64,000 nucleotides of DNA from Spirochaetia bacterium (GCA_965198005.1 CBDAOI010000004.1:1536001-1600000), one strand, 5' to 3'; positions 30,580 through 40,835 are shown, counted from the stretch's first letter. Numbers and translations are program-made. Notes: generated by a model not told the origin, from the letters alone.

Positions 30580-31106
30580 CCCTGCAGCTCCGCGACCGTG
30601 CGTTCGACCTGCCGCCGCAAGGTGGGCGGATCCAGGGCGGGGTAACGCACGAGCTGGGATGCGATTGCCTCGAACAGCCGCAGCAACGTATCCGGCTCGA
30701 TCAGCTCCAGTCTGTGTAGGGCCGCGACATCCTCCAGGTCCTGGGCGTGACCACGTTCGATCTTGCTCAGTGCCTGAGCGTAGAAGTCGTAATGATGGAA
30801 GGAGACTTGGCCGTGACGCGCCACCAACGGGCTCCGCTCGCGCCATCCCGGTAGCGGCGGAATGAACTGATCGGGAGCAGCCAGCTCGATGTTGATGTCG
30901 AGCCTGTCCTTAAGCTCGGCGATCGCCTCGAACGCCCCGGCCGGCTCGGGGTCGAGCTTGAGATCCACGTCCACCGTGGCGGCGCGCCAGCCGAGCAGCA
31001 CCGCCGATGCGCCGCCAACCAGGTAGACACGGCCGGCGCCGCGGCAGGAGTGGCCGAGACTCGCCATGAAGTGCTGAAGACGCTCGGCGTCAGTGAGCCG
31101 GCGCAC
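30576..31106 (-). CDS. DUF6036-type nucleotidyltransferase
   Basis: VYLVGGASAVLLGWRAATVDVDL, ALSKIERGHAQDLED. Confidence 0.8.
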   Translation of the reverse strand: MRRLTDAERLQHFMASLGHSCRGAGRVYLVGGASAVLLGWRAATVDVDLKLDPEPAGAFEAIAELKDRLDINIELAAPDQFIPPLPGWRERSPLVARHGQVSFHHYDFYAQALSKIERGHAQDLEDVAALHRLELIEPDTLLRLFEAIASQLVRYPALDPPTLRRQVERTVAELQG

Positions 31107-31194
31107 GGCCCGCCTCGCCGTCGGTCGCTGCCAGGAACGCTCGCACAGGTCAATCATAGGCCCATATGTGGTTCTCTGCGAGATCGGCGTTACC

Positions 31195-32409
31195 GGGCGT
31201 TGCTGGCCGCCGACCACTACTGCGTGCCGCCGCTCGAACGAATCGATCTGGGCGACATCCTCTCGCTGATCGGCACCAAGCGCTACTTCGTGCTGCACGC
31301 GCCGCGCCAGACCGGCAAGACCTCGGCGCTGCTGGCCTGCGCGATCTGCTGAACGGGGGCGCCACGGCAGGTACCGCTGCGCCTACGTGAACGTCGAGGC
31401 CGGCCAGGCGGCACGCGAAAACCAAGCGGAGGCGATGCGCGCCATCCTCAGCGAACTGGAAGTCGAGGCGGAGGCGTCGCTCGCCGACCCGTTGCCCGCC
31501 ACCCTGTGGCCGGGGCTGCTGGATCGAGCCGGCCCGCTGGGAGTGCTGCGGCAAGTGTTGACGCGGTGGGCGCAGGCCGACTCCGCGCCGCTGGTGCTGC
31601 TGATCGACGAGATCGACACGCTCGTCGGCGACACGTTGATCGCCGTGCTGCGCCAGTTGCGCACCGGCTACCCGCACCGCCCGCGCCGCTTCCCGCAGAG
31701 CGTCATTCTGTGCGGCGTGCCCGACGTACGCGACTACCGCATCCATTCTTCGGCCGAGAACGCGATCGTCACCGGCGGCAGCGCCTTCAACATCAAGGCC
31801 GAGTCGCTGCGCATCGGGGACTTCTCGGAGGCCGAGGTGCGCGCTCTGCTCGACCAGCACACTGCCGAGACCGGACAGCGGTTCGCCGAGGAGGCGCTGC
31901 AGGCGGTGTGGGATCTGACCGCCGGCCAGCCGTGGCTGGTCAACGCCCTGGCCCAGCAAGCCTGCTTTCGGAACGAAGCCGGGCGCGACCGCAGCCGCGG
32001 GATCACCGGCGACGCGATCCGGACCGCCCGCGAGCAGCTCATCCTGCGCCGCGAGACCCATCTCGAACAGCTCACCGACAAGCTGCAGGAAGAGCGCGTG
32101 CGGCAGGTGATAGGACCGCTGCTGAGCGGCAGCGAGGCGATCGCCGACTTGCGCCCCGACGACCTGCAATACGTGCGCGACCTGGGCCTGGTCGCGCGGG
32201 ACGCCCCCCTGCGCATCGCCAACCGGATCTACTGCGAGGTGATTCCGCGCGATCTCACCTGGACCACCCAGGAGTCTCTGCCGCACGAACCGGCCTGGTA
32301 CGTGGACGACGACGGCTGCCTGAACCTGCCCAAGTTGCTGGCGGAGTTCCAGCAGTTCTTCCGCGAGCGACACCGCCCACCGCTTGGGATAGTATTGACT
32401 CACCAGTAA
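31195..32409 (+). pseudogene. AAA-family ATPase, frameshifted and truncated at both ends
   Basis: DHYCVPPLER..HAPRQTGKTS, frameshift, then LLIDEIDTL, GSAFNIKAESL, GQPWLVNAL; ends at FQQFFRE. Confidence 0.85.
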
Positions 32410-32451
32410 CTGCCAAACAGACCGAGGATAGCGGGGGAGGTCGACACTGTC

Positions 32452-32676
32452 ATGTGTGAGACAACGATTGAAGAGATTCGATCACAATTCGTCTCTGAGT
32501 GGGTGCTTATAGAACACCCGAGGACGGACGAAGCGCTCAACGTCCTGGGGGGCCGGGTGCTGCATCACAGCAAGGACAGGGAAGAGGTATACCGAACCGC
32601 TGTCTTGCGTCAGCCCAAACGATCTGCAGTGGTTTACACGGGTGAGATCCCGGATGGAACGGCCGTTGTATTGTGA
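32452..32676 (+). CDS. Small protein paired with the aspartyl protease
   Basis: 74 aa; SD GGGAGG; GTGA overlap with the next gene. Confidence 0.75.
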   Translation: MCETTIEEIRSQFVSEWVLIEHPRTDEALNVLGGRVLHHSKDREEVYRTAVLRQPKRSAVVYTGEIPDGTAVVL

Positions 32677-33071
32677 ACCCGGTGTCGAGCGGCTACGCGT
32701 TTGATCCGCTCCGGGGGCTTGTCGTAGTTCAAGCCGAGGTGTTCGGCCGGCTGGGGAGCATCGTGCTGCAGCTCGCCCTGGACACCGGCGCTACTGGTAC
32801 CATGATCAACGTCGGACCGCTTGCGGCCGTAGGGTATGACCCGTCGTTGCAGACTGAACGGATCCAGGTCACGACTGGAAGCGGCGTAGAATACGCTCCG
32901 AGGATCTCTGTCGTTCGCATGAGGGCGATCGGTCACGAGCGGACGGGATTTCCGGTCCTCGCTCATACTCTGCCTCCAAGCACGAGTATCGACGGCATTC
33001 TGGGACTGGATTTCTTGAGAGGCGCTCGGCTGAGCATTGATTTCCGCACCGGTCTCCTTACCCTGACCTGA
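32673..33071 (+). CDS. Retropepsin-like (clan AA) aspartyl protease
   Basis: LALDTGAT and DGILGLDFL. Confidence 0.88.
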   Translation: MNPVSSGYAFDPLRGLVVVQAEVFGRLGSIVLQLALDTGATGTMINVGPLAAVGYDPSLQTERIQVTTGSGVEYAPRISVVRMRAIGHERTGFPVLAHTLPPSTSIDGILGLDFLRGARLSIDFRTGLLTLT

Positions 33072-33274
33072 CACTGATAGCAGATGGGCCAGCCCTTTGC
33101 GGCGCGGTGTCGAAAACGCGGATGAAGCGCGATTACACAGCCCACCATAGCCGCCCGTTAGCTGCAAACGCCAGCACTCGGGCAACCGTGACACAGGCGG
33201 CCGAGCGGATACGGCAATTCGTAAATGCTGTTCCCCAGGGGGCGGTCAGCCGCTTGACCGCGGCGGTCGCGGTG

Positions 33275-33692
33275 CAATTCGAAGATTGGCCGGAGGATGT
33301 CAGGCAGGCATTCGCGTACGACCCGGCCGGCGCCGAGGCGCTGCTCGATGAGGCAGGGTATCCGCGCGATGCGGACGGGGTCAGGTTCAAGACCGACTTC
33401 ATGCACCTCGAGCGCTATGATCTGAACTACACCGAGCTGCTGGCCAGCTACTGGCAGGCGATCGGCGTCGAGGTAGAGATCGAGGTGGCGCCACTGGCTG
33501 ACTTTGTCGCACGGCGGCAGGAGCGAAACTTTCGGATGATCAACGCGGAAGCGGCGGGGAAGGGCGCTCCGACGAATTGGGAGAAGCGCTTCATCCCATC
33601 GACGTCGTGGAACAGCGCCACTGCTCCAAGGGCCTGCTGGAGCGAGCGGTGATCCTGCGCCACGCGGTCAAGAACGCCCTGATCCCGGTGGT
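33275..33692 (+). pseudogene. Fused remnants of a family-5 SBP and an OppB-like permease
   Basis: FEDWPEDVRQAFAYDPAGAEALLDEAGYPR.., then SKGLLERAVILRHAVKNALIPVV. Confidence 0.85.
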
Positions 33693-33816
33693 GAGTCGGC
33701 GGGATGGACCAAAAGCGACGCCTCGGGCGGCGGTATTGGGGCGGTAGCAGCCCGTGGCGAAACTCCGGCTGCATTCGAGCGGCGATGCATCCCGGCCTGC
33801 TGGGCGCGGTCGCTCC

Positions 33817-34600
33817 GTGACGCCGAAGGCCGTGAAAGGCGGCGCGCAGGGTTCGCCCGCTGGAGGAGGTTTCCTGACTCGGCTGCGCCGGGAGAAGCCG
33901 CTGGCGGTGGTGCTCGGGAGCGTGCTGCTGCTGTTGATCGGGGTGGCGCTGTTCGCCGACGTGCTGGCGCCGTTCTGCGCCCGCCTTACCCTGGGCGTCG
34001 GCCTGGCCGCGACCGCGGTCAACGTGCTGGTGGCGCTGGTGGTGGGCGGCGTGTCCGGCTTCATCGGCGGCCGGCTCGACCTGACCGTGCAGCGGCTGGT
34101 CGATGCCTGGATGTCGATTCCCGGCCTGCTGATCCTGCTGACGGTGATGTCGGTGGTCGGCCGGGGGGTGCTGCAGATCATCGTGGTGCTGGGGGTGCTG
34201 GGTGGCATCGGCGGCTCGCGGGTGGTCCGGGGCGCGGTGATCGGCGCCAAGGAGCAGGTCTACTTCGAGGCGGCGCGGGCGGTCGGCAGCTCGCGCTGGC
34301 GCACCCTGCTGCGCCACCTGCTGCCCAACATCGCGCCGGTACTGATCGTGATCTACAGCATCAACATCGGCGCGGTGGTGATCAGCGAGGCTTCCTTGAG
34401 CTTCCTGGGGTTCGGGCTGCCGACCAACGGTGCCGAGCTGGGGCGGCATGCTGAGCCGCGAGGGGCGCCAGTACATGGAGATCGCGCCGCGGCTGGCGGT
34501 GTGGTCGGGCCTGTGTCTGACCGTGGTGGTGTACTGCCTGAACATGGTCGGCGACGCGGTGCGCGACCTGCTCGACCCGCGCCTGCGCGGCGGCCGCGGC
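33817..34600 (+). pseudogene. OppC-like permease, high-GC copy with deletion and frameshift
   Basis: REKPL..FADVLAP joins ARLTL (LLGTD segment lost); frameshift at LPTN/PSWGGMLSREG. Confidence 0.88.
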
Positions 34601-34604
34601 CGCC

Positions 34605-34985
34605 GCGGCGAACCTGCTCGCGGGCCGGGGCCGCTACTGCCTGCGCTCGCCGGTTCGGCGCCGAACCGCCGGCAAGTAAGACGCCGGGGCCGGCGACCGC
34701 CGGAGCGCCAGCGGACAAGCTGGCAGCGACCGAGCCGGAATGGCGCAGAATCCGATCGCCACTCGGGTCCGGCATGCGCCGCGCATGGTTCTGCGCCGAA
34801 CCGGGTGTGGCCCGCTGATCCTACTCACTCCCCCGGGCCGCTACCAACTCCGCTCGCTGGTTCTGCGCCGAACTGCGTGTGTCGCACCGAACCTGCTCGC
34901 CGTCCGAGGCCCCTACCAGTTCCGCTTGCCGGTTCTGCGCAGAACTGCCGGCGCGCGCGACGCGGGGACCGGCGACCGCCGATAG
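34605..34985 (+). repeat. Degenerate tandem repeats with core GGTTCTGCGCCGAAC
   Basis: Cores near 34652, 34787, 34859 and 34931; gaacctgctcgc and ccggcgaccgccg each occur twice. Confidence 0.7.
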
Positions 34986-35136
34986 ACGTTCAGATACATG
35001 CGGTCGACGCATTCCAATTCCAGGGTGGTGTGATCCGCCAGTCCGGACATCGACGTGCTTCCCAATACCGGCTGACCAAACCCTACGGAAGTGACCCACC
35101 TCGCCCGTGGTCCTGCCAGTTGCGATGCGCAGCTGG

Positions 35137-35770
35137 TTATCCCAGGGACAGGGTTTCCGGTACGAACAGGTCCGCCGGGGCAACCGCCTGCGGTATCACT
35201 CCCTGGTCCACGTTGAACCGGATGAAGGTCTCCGGAGTCTTGCGCGAACTCTCGAAGCCGTAGGGCAAGGGGTCGTCGCCGACGGTCTCCGCCAGCTTCA
35301 ACAGCGACCGATCTCCGGCGTCGGCGGCGGCGCCGGAGCGCAGGCGGTGCAGGTACTGGGACCTGGCCTCGTTGAACAGGCGGAACAGCTCGGTCGCCAG
35401 ACCGGCGTGCGACTCCAGCGCGGCGTCCTTCACCACCAGCAGGTGGCTGATCGGATAGACCCCGGTCTTGCGGTGCCAGGCGTCGTCGGCCTCGCGCGAT
35501 TCGGGGAACAGGGGTTGGATGTCCGGCGAGTCGACCGGGCCGGGCGCGATGGCGGCGTCGATCTCGCCCGCAAGCAGCATCCGACCGAGGTCGTTGTTGG
35601 GCGACGCCACCACGTTGGACGGCGCGACGTACTCCTCGACGTGTTCGTCGGTCGCCAGCACCCAGGTGACCGTGCCCAGGTCAACGCCGTATTCAGTCGC
35701 CAGGATGCCACGCGTCCAGACGCCCGTCGTGAACGTGTAGCTGCGGACGCCGACCCTCCGGCCGCGGCGC
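35137..35770 (-). pseudogene. 4,5-dihydroxyphthalate decarboxylase-like / periplasmic-binding-fold protein, 5'-truncated
   Basis: GRRVGVRSYTFTTGVWTRGIL..YGVD, MLLAGEIDAAI, TGVYPISHLLVVK, DPLPYG. Confidence 0.75.
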
Positions 35771-35814
35771 TCGGAGCACCACCCCGATCCGCTGCCCGCG
35801 GCGCATGCTGGTTT

Positions 35815-36451
35815 AGTTGGGAGCGACAGGCGCGGCATCACCTCCTGGGCGAACAGCTCGATGCCCTCGGTGCTCGGGAAGTCGATGGCGCCCACGATGA
35901 CGTACTGGACGCCGGCATCGATGTAGGCCTGCACCCGTTCGGCCACCTGCTCCGGGGTGCCGACGATCGGATCACTCTTGTGGGGCGAGGCCTCGGCGAT
36001 GCGCCGCGCCTGCTTCTCGGTGGCGGCCACGGCCAATGCCTCCGCCGCCCAGGTCTTGACGATCCGGTGGTAGTCGCGCCCGACCGCGTCACAGTGGCGG
36101 CGCAACACCCCGAGCTTGTGGGCGTAGGATTCGGGCGTGCCCGCGGTGACGTTCCACCAGTCGGCGTACTTGGCCACCACCCGCAGGGTAGCTCTGACAG
36201 AACACGAACGATCCGAAGGTGAGGTCGGGATAGCTGGTGGCGAAGTGGGCGATGGTGCTGACGCACTCGAGGAACGGCGTGTCCGCAGGCTGCCAACTGG
36301 CCCACGGCCACAGGTGGTCGTCGACCCAGACCGATTCGAAGTGCGGATGCAGTCGGTCCAGGGAGGCGCGAACCTGCTCCACGAACAGCCGCCCACTGCT
36401 GCCGTCGACCGGGAACGAGGGCATATGCCAGCCGAATCTCAACGTGCTCAT
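35815..36451 (-). pseudogene. LLM-class flavin-dependent oxidoreductase with internal deletion
   Basis: FESVWVDDHL..VFCQSY joined to LRVVAKYADWWN..IVGTPEQVAERV..LFAQEVMPRL. Confidence 0.85.
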
Positions 36452-36590
36452 GACCGATTGTCCCCAGCGCCCGGACGCTGATCAAGCGCCTGGCTGAGAT
36501 CGAGAACGGGAAAGACCAGGTTTCATCGGGGAGTCGTCGCGCTACAGCCGCTTGCTGAACTGCCGCCTCAATCTGTAGTATGGCAGCCGA

Positions 36591-36827
36591 ATGCCGAAGA
36601 CCACGGAAACGGTCCTTGCGGAGGCGCTTCGCCTGGATCTGAAGGGACGGGCCCAGCTTGTCGGGGAGCTCCTCGCAACTCTTGACGGCCCAGCAGATCC
36701 GGATGTTGCTTCTGCCTGGTCCGCGGAGATAAAGCGGCGCGTCGCAGCTCTTGAGTCAGGCTCCGCCGAACTTGAGTCTTGGGATGACACCAAGCGCAGG
36801 ATCGAGCGCGACATCCTTGGCAGGTGA
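36591..36827 (+). CDS. Addiction-module antitoxin (TIGR02574-like)
   Basis: EALRL..RAQLVGELLATLD..AWSAEIKRRV. Confidence 0.88.
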   Translation: MPKTTETVLAEALRLDLKGRAQLVGELLATLDGPADPDVASAWSAEIKRRVAALESGSAELESWDDTKRRIERDILGR

Positions 36828-37123
36828 GCCTACGCGTTCGGAACCTCGCGGTTGCTCGCGAAGAGTTCGCTGCGGCGGTGCGCTGGTACGAGCAACAGCG
36901 TTCTGGTCTGGGCGCAGACTTCTTCGATTGCGTGACAGCCGCAACGTCTCTCATTCGAACGCACCCGCACATTGGGACGTTCGATCCGGAGACACGTACG
37001 CGGCGGGTACTAGTCCGTCGATTTCCCTATCAGGTTGTCTACCTTGTCTCCGACGACGAGATCGCGATCGTCGCGGTCGCTCATACGAAACGCCGACCGG
37101 GCTATTGGAAAGATCGAATATAG
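36824..37123 (+). CDS. RelE/ParE-family toxin
   Basis: AVRWYEQQRSGLGADF, RRFPYQVVY, VAVAHTKRRPGYW. Confidence 0.92.
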   Translation: MSLRVRNLAVAREEFAAAVRWYEQQRSGLGADFFDCVTAATSLIRTHPHIGTFDPETRTRRVLVRRFPYQVVYLVSDDEIAIVAVAHTKRRPGYWKDRI

Positions 37124-37129
37124 CCTCGG

Positions 37130-37250
37130 TGTGCTCACGATCCGCCAGGGCGTTCGCTGGCATGACAAGGCGCCGATGAACGGTCGCGCGCTGACCGCCG
37201 CGGACATCGAATTCAACTACCACCGGATATTGGGCCTCGGCAGCGGGCGG
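37130..37250 (+). pseudogene. Family-5 SBP scrap
   Basis: LTIRQGVRWHDKAPMNGRALTAADIEFNYHRILGLGSG. Confidence 0.85.
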
Positions 37251-37427
37251 AACCCGAGTAATCAGTCCCCGCTTTTCGAGTGTAACTACCATTTGGTGCA
37301 CGGCAGGCGGAGTGGTCTTGAAGTAGCGCTGCATGTCGGCCTCCGCCGGCGGCTCACCATGTATCTTGCTGTAGTAGTAGATGAAGGCGAGATACTGCCC
37401 CTGCGTTCGCGTGTATCGCGCCATCAC
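37250..37427 (-). pseudogene. MarR/LexA-type winged-HTH protein, 3'-truncated
   Basis: YTRTQGQYLAFIYYYSKIHGEPPAEADMQRYF..VHQMVVTLEKRGLI. Confidence 0.75.
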
Positions 37428-37657
37428 CTCAGCTTCACCGTGTCCTCAGACTTATGCGGGCGCAAGGGGCCTTCGGGCACATTTTGAATCGCCCAACGGG
37501 CTGAACTTTCGGGGCGCGGAGTGAGTGGCCAGGTTACCCAATCCGCCCAATCCCCCGCCCGGATCAGAACGGCTGCGGCGGGTCGGGTTGAATGCCGGTC
37601 ACGGTGGGGGTGGGCGCCGGTCGCGGCGCGTGACGGGCCGTGGGCTATAGTGCCGCG

Positions 37658-38974
37658 GTGGGGCGCGAACCGGACGAACCACAGCGGGTGCTGTTTCTGG
37701 AGCCGTTTTACGGCGGGTCCCATCGGGCGTTTGCCGACGGCCTGGTGGCGCACTCCAGCCACCGGATCGAACTGCACACGCTGCCGGCCCGCTTCTGGAA
37801 GTGGCGCATGCGCGGCGCCGCCCTGCACTTCGCGCGCCGCATTGCGCGGCCGGAGCGCTACGCCGTCCTGCTGGTGTCGGACTTGATGAGTGCCGCCGAC
37901 CTCAAGGCGCTGTGGGGCGAGCGCTGTCCGCCGATCGTGCTCTACCTGCACGAGAACCAGCTCAGCTATCCGCTGCCGCCGGGCGGCCAGGTCGACCTGC
38001 AGTTTGGGTTCACCGACGTCACCTCGGCGTTGGCCGCCAGTGCGATGGTATTCAACTCCCACTTCCATCGCGACAGCTTCTTCGCGGCGCTGCCCCGTTT
38101 CCTGCGCCAGATGCCCGACTACGTGCCGCGCTGGGTACCGGCGGCGCTGGAGGCCAAGGCACAGGTGCTCTACCCCGGATGCCGGCTGCCGCCGCCGGCA
38201 GCGGCTGCCGTTGGCGGTCGGAGTGAGCTGGCGCCACCGGTGGGCGCGGTGGCCACAGCCGCAGCGCCTGCCGCAGCCGGGGGCCGGAGTGAGCGCGCGC
38301 CACCGGTGGTCCCCGCGCCCGCTGCCGCGCGCAGTCTGCGTAACCCGGCGGCGCAGATGGTCCCGGCGCCCGCTACCGTACCGCCGCCGGGGCCGCCTCC
38401 GCCCCGACCGCCGGCCCTGCCCGAGGCCCCACCGCTGGTGATCTGGAATCACCGCTGGGAATTCGACAAGCAGCCGGAGGCGTTTTTCGCGGCGCTGCGC
38501 CGGGTGGACGCGGCGGGAGTGGCGTTTCGGGTGGCGCTGTTGGGCGAGAATTTTCAGGCCGTGCCGCAGGCGTTCATCAAGGCGCAGCGCTGGCTCGGCG
38601 CGCGGCTGGTCCACTACGGCTACGAGCCGGATCGGGGCGCCTACTGGGAGTGGCTGCGGCAGGGGTCGGTGGTGGTGTCGACCGCCCTGCAGGAGAACTT
38701 TGGCATCGCGGTGGTGGAGGCGGTGGCGGCCGGTAATTATCCGCTGCTGCCGCACCGCCTGGCCTATCCCGAGGTGATTCCCGAGCGCTACCACGCTGCC
38801 TGTCTGTATCGCGACGAGACGGAGCTGGCGGCCAAGCTGGTCGCGCTGCTGGCGGCGCCCCCGGTTACCGCCCCGGCCGGCTTGGCCGCGGCGATGGAGC
38901 GGTTCTCGTGGCGCCTGCTGGCCGGGCGCTACGACGCGCTGCTGGCAGCGGTCTGGCGCGCGGCGGTCAGGTGA
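37658..38974 (+). CDS. DUF3524 glycosyltransferase (GTDC1/QTMAN-like, GT-B fold)
   Basis: EPFYGGSH, LPARFWKWRMRG, YLHENQLSYP, IWNHRWEFDK, QENFGIAVVEAV, RLAYPE; TATAGT 6 nt before GTG 37658. Confidence 0.9.
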   Translation: MGREPDEPQRVLFLEPFYGGSHRAFADGLVAHSSHRIELHTLPARFWKWRMRGAALHFARRIARPERYAVLLVSDLMSAADLKALWGERCPPIVLYLHENQLSYPLPPGGQVDLQFGFTDVTSALAASAMVFNSHFHRDSFFAALPRFLRQMPDYVPRWVPAALEAKAQVLYPGCRLPPPAAAAVGGRSELAPPVGAVATAAAPAAAGGRSERAPPVVPAPAAARSLRNPAAQMVPAPATVPPPGPPPPRPPALPEAPPLVIWNHRWEFDKQPEAFFAALRRVDAAGVAFRVALLGENFQAVPQAFIKAQRWLGARLVHYGYEPDRGAYWEWLRQGSVVVSTALQENFGIAVVEAVAAGNYPLLPHRLAYPEVIPERYHAACLYRDETELAAKLVALLAAPPVTAPAGLAAAMERFSWRLLAGRYDALLAAVWRAAVR

Positions 38975-39171
38975 CCACGCGCCGGGCACGTAGGTGGCGC
39001 AAGAGCGATGCCCGGGCATCGCTCGCTGGTCAGGACTGGCCGCCGCATGCGCAGGCGGCTGGCGCGGCAGCGGGCCACCGGGTTGCCGCCCAGCAGGGCG
39101 AGCAGAGTGACCAGCCCGATGATCACCGGCGGTGGGGGCCCTGCGGTTCGTGGTTACCAGTAGGTTCGTGG

Positions 39172-39495
39172 TTACCAGTAGCGGAGGGCATCAGCGAACA
39201 GCGCCGCCAGATCCGCCTCGGCGGCGCGGGTCAGCCCGACCGCGGCCAGCTCGGACGGCATGTCGACCGCGCGCATCAGGTCGACGATGGCGTCGGCCAG
39301 CGCCGCCCCGGCCTGGTCGCCGCCGCTGCGGCCGCGGACGTCGGCGCCCATCAGGCGGGCGGCCTCGAGGTGGCGCTCGGGATCGGCGGTGCCGGTGAAG
39401 CGGAACACCGCGGGGGCGTTGAGGATCACCGACATGCCGTGCGGGACCAGCGGGTGGTCGTCCGGGTACCCGGCCGGGTGGTAGCCGTCGCGCTG
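39172..39495 (-). pseudogene. Hydroxyacid-oxoacid transhydrogenase (Fe-ADH family) C-terminal fragment
   Basis: YHPAGYPDDHPLVPHGMSVILNAPAVFRFT..ERHLEAA..LFADALRYW; 18-bp tandem duplication at 39145-39180. Confidence 0.8.
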
Positions 39496-39707
39496 CGCAG
39501 TACCGGGACTGCCCGCGCCGCCGGAGCCGCCCGCGCGAGCCGTGGCGGCTGCCGCTTCGGTGAAATCCGCGCCAGCGGTGCGGTGGGCGCCGTTCGTGCC
39601 ACCGGCGGCGCCGCTGGCCACCAGGCTGGACACGCCTGCCCTAGTTGTACATGACGTCGGTTGTCTTTCCGGGTCTTCGATAAAGAACTCGTCTGGTCCC
39701 GCACAGG

Positions 39708-39990
39708 GGCGCACTTGCCCACATTCCTGCGGGCGCACATCAGTTGGGGCCCCAAAAAAGCTCGACGGTGGACCGCTCATCGGGCAAACTGCTGCGCACG
39801 GGGGACGGCGCCGGAGTTTGAGGAGGGGGCCGGCGAGAGAGAGCTCAGCGCAGCGGCGCAGCGGATGTGCGCGAAGCTGTAATTCAGCATCCTCGCGCAG
39901 GCGGCCCGCGCGCGACCGAGGTGCGAGGTCGATCCCTCTTTCTTGGGGGCCAAACCATCATGCGCGTGACTCAGAGTGGGCAGGGGCGCG
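39708..39990. repeat. Non-coding segment with degenerate 53-bp inverted ends
   Basis: 39708-39760 vs reverse complement of 39938-39990 share gcgc.c.tgcccac..gcgca..gtt.gg.ccccaa.aaag in register. Confidence 0.5.
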
Positions 39991-40139
39991 GGGCTGTAAT
40001 GCTGAGGACGCGCACGGACCCTTCGGGTCCTTAGGCGACGAACGGTCCGTGCTCGACGTGGTCGTCTCGCCCCCAGTCGCGGTCATGACTTCATGACTTG
40101 GCTGTGAGGGGCACGGCTTTGCGGTGGCCTTCAGCTATT

Positions 40140-40197
40140 CGGCTCAGGGCTCGGTTCGCTCGGTCTCCAACGCTTGCCGTAGGATCTTGATCCTCAT
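40140..40197 (-). pseudogene. RelE/ParE toxin N-terminal stub
   Basis: MRIKILRQAL overlaps the antitoxin stop, then similarity is lost. Confidence 0.55.
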
Positions 40198-40412
40198 TCA
40201 ACCCGTTTCGTCAGTTCCTTCTTCGCAAGCTTCCAATCGGCTATTCGTTCCTTGCCAGCGGCCACGCGCGTCTCGGTCTCTGTGAGGACTTCCGCGTGCC
40301 AATCCGGTGACTCGACTTCGGTCTCGGACTGGGCCAGATCGGCCCATATGGCTTCCATAAGCTGAAGCTTCTCTGCCCGTGACATCTGCTTGATTTCAGG
40401 AACAGTGATCAT
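40194..40412 (-). CDS. Addiction-module antitoxin
   Basis: MSRAEKLQLMEAIWADL..SPDWHAEVL..DWKLAKKEL. Confidence 0.88.
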   Translation of the reverse strand: MITVPEIKQMSRAEKLQLMEAIWADLAQSETEVESPDWHAEVLTETETRVAAGKERIADWKLAKKELTKRVE

Positions 40413-40599
40413 GAGAATAGGCTGATGTGGGGCACGACGTCGTTCGTGCCGCTCATCTCGGTCTGTCGACCCGCTGTCGACAGTAGGCGTTGCGAGACAG
40501 GCTGGTGGTTGTCGCTCGCACGTTGCGTGGCGACACTATCGGTATGATCAGTGCTCGACTGGCGATAACCGGGAGGCGGGCGCCGACGAGGCAAAATCG

Positions 40600-40835
40600 C
40601 TGTTGACATTACTTGCGCCGGGCCCCATGGTACTAGCTAGCTCACGATTGGACGGATGGTGATGAAGTCGGGCTTGACTAGGTCAGGCGAGCCTGAGACG
40701 ATAGGGAGTAAGGTGATCGAAGGATGCCGATGAAGCGCCATGACGACAGTCAGCGCAGTGACGGGTTGGCGGTGACGCAGGGTGATGAGCGCGGTGGGTC
40801 GCGCTTGACACGGATTTGGGGCGGCCTCTACAGTT
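40600..40835 (+). promoter_or_regulatory. Tandem TTGAC promoter-like region, diverged homolog of the 130-bp arrays
   Basis: TTGACA (40603), TTGACT (~40675), TTGACA-18-TACAGT (40805); atgaagcgccatgacgacagtcagcgc core at 40730. Confidence 0.6.

Noticed and set aside
35137-36396. Novel LLM-decarboxylase fusion protein (419-aa ORF)
   Set aside because: Both parts are deletion fragments lacking core regions; the in-frame join looks incidental.
7908-39180. Short tandem repeats (tcggag x4 at ~7908, ccacgggt x3 at ~28087, 18-bp x2 at 39145)
   Set aside because: Ordinary slippage products with no evident function.
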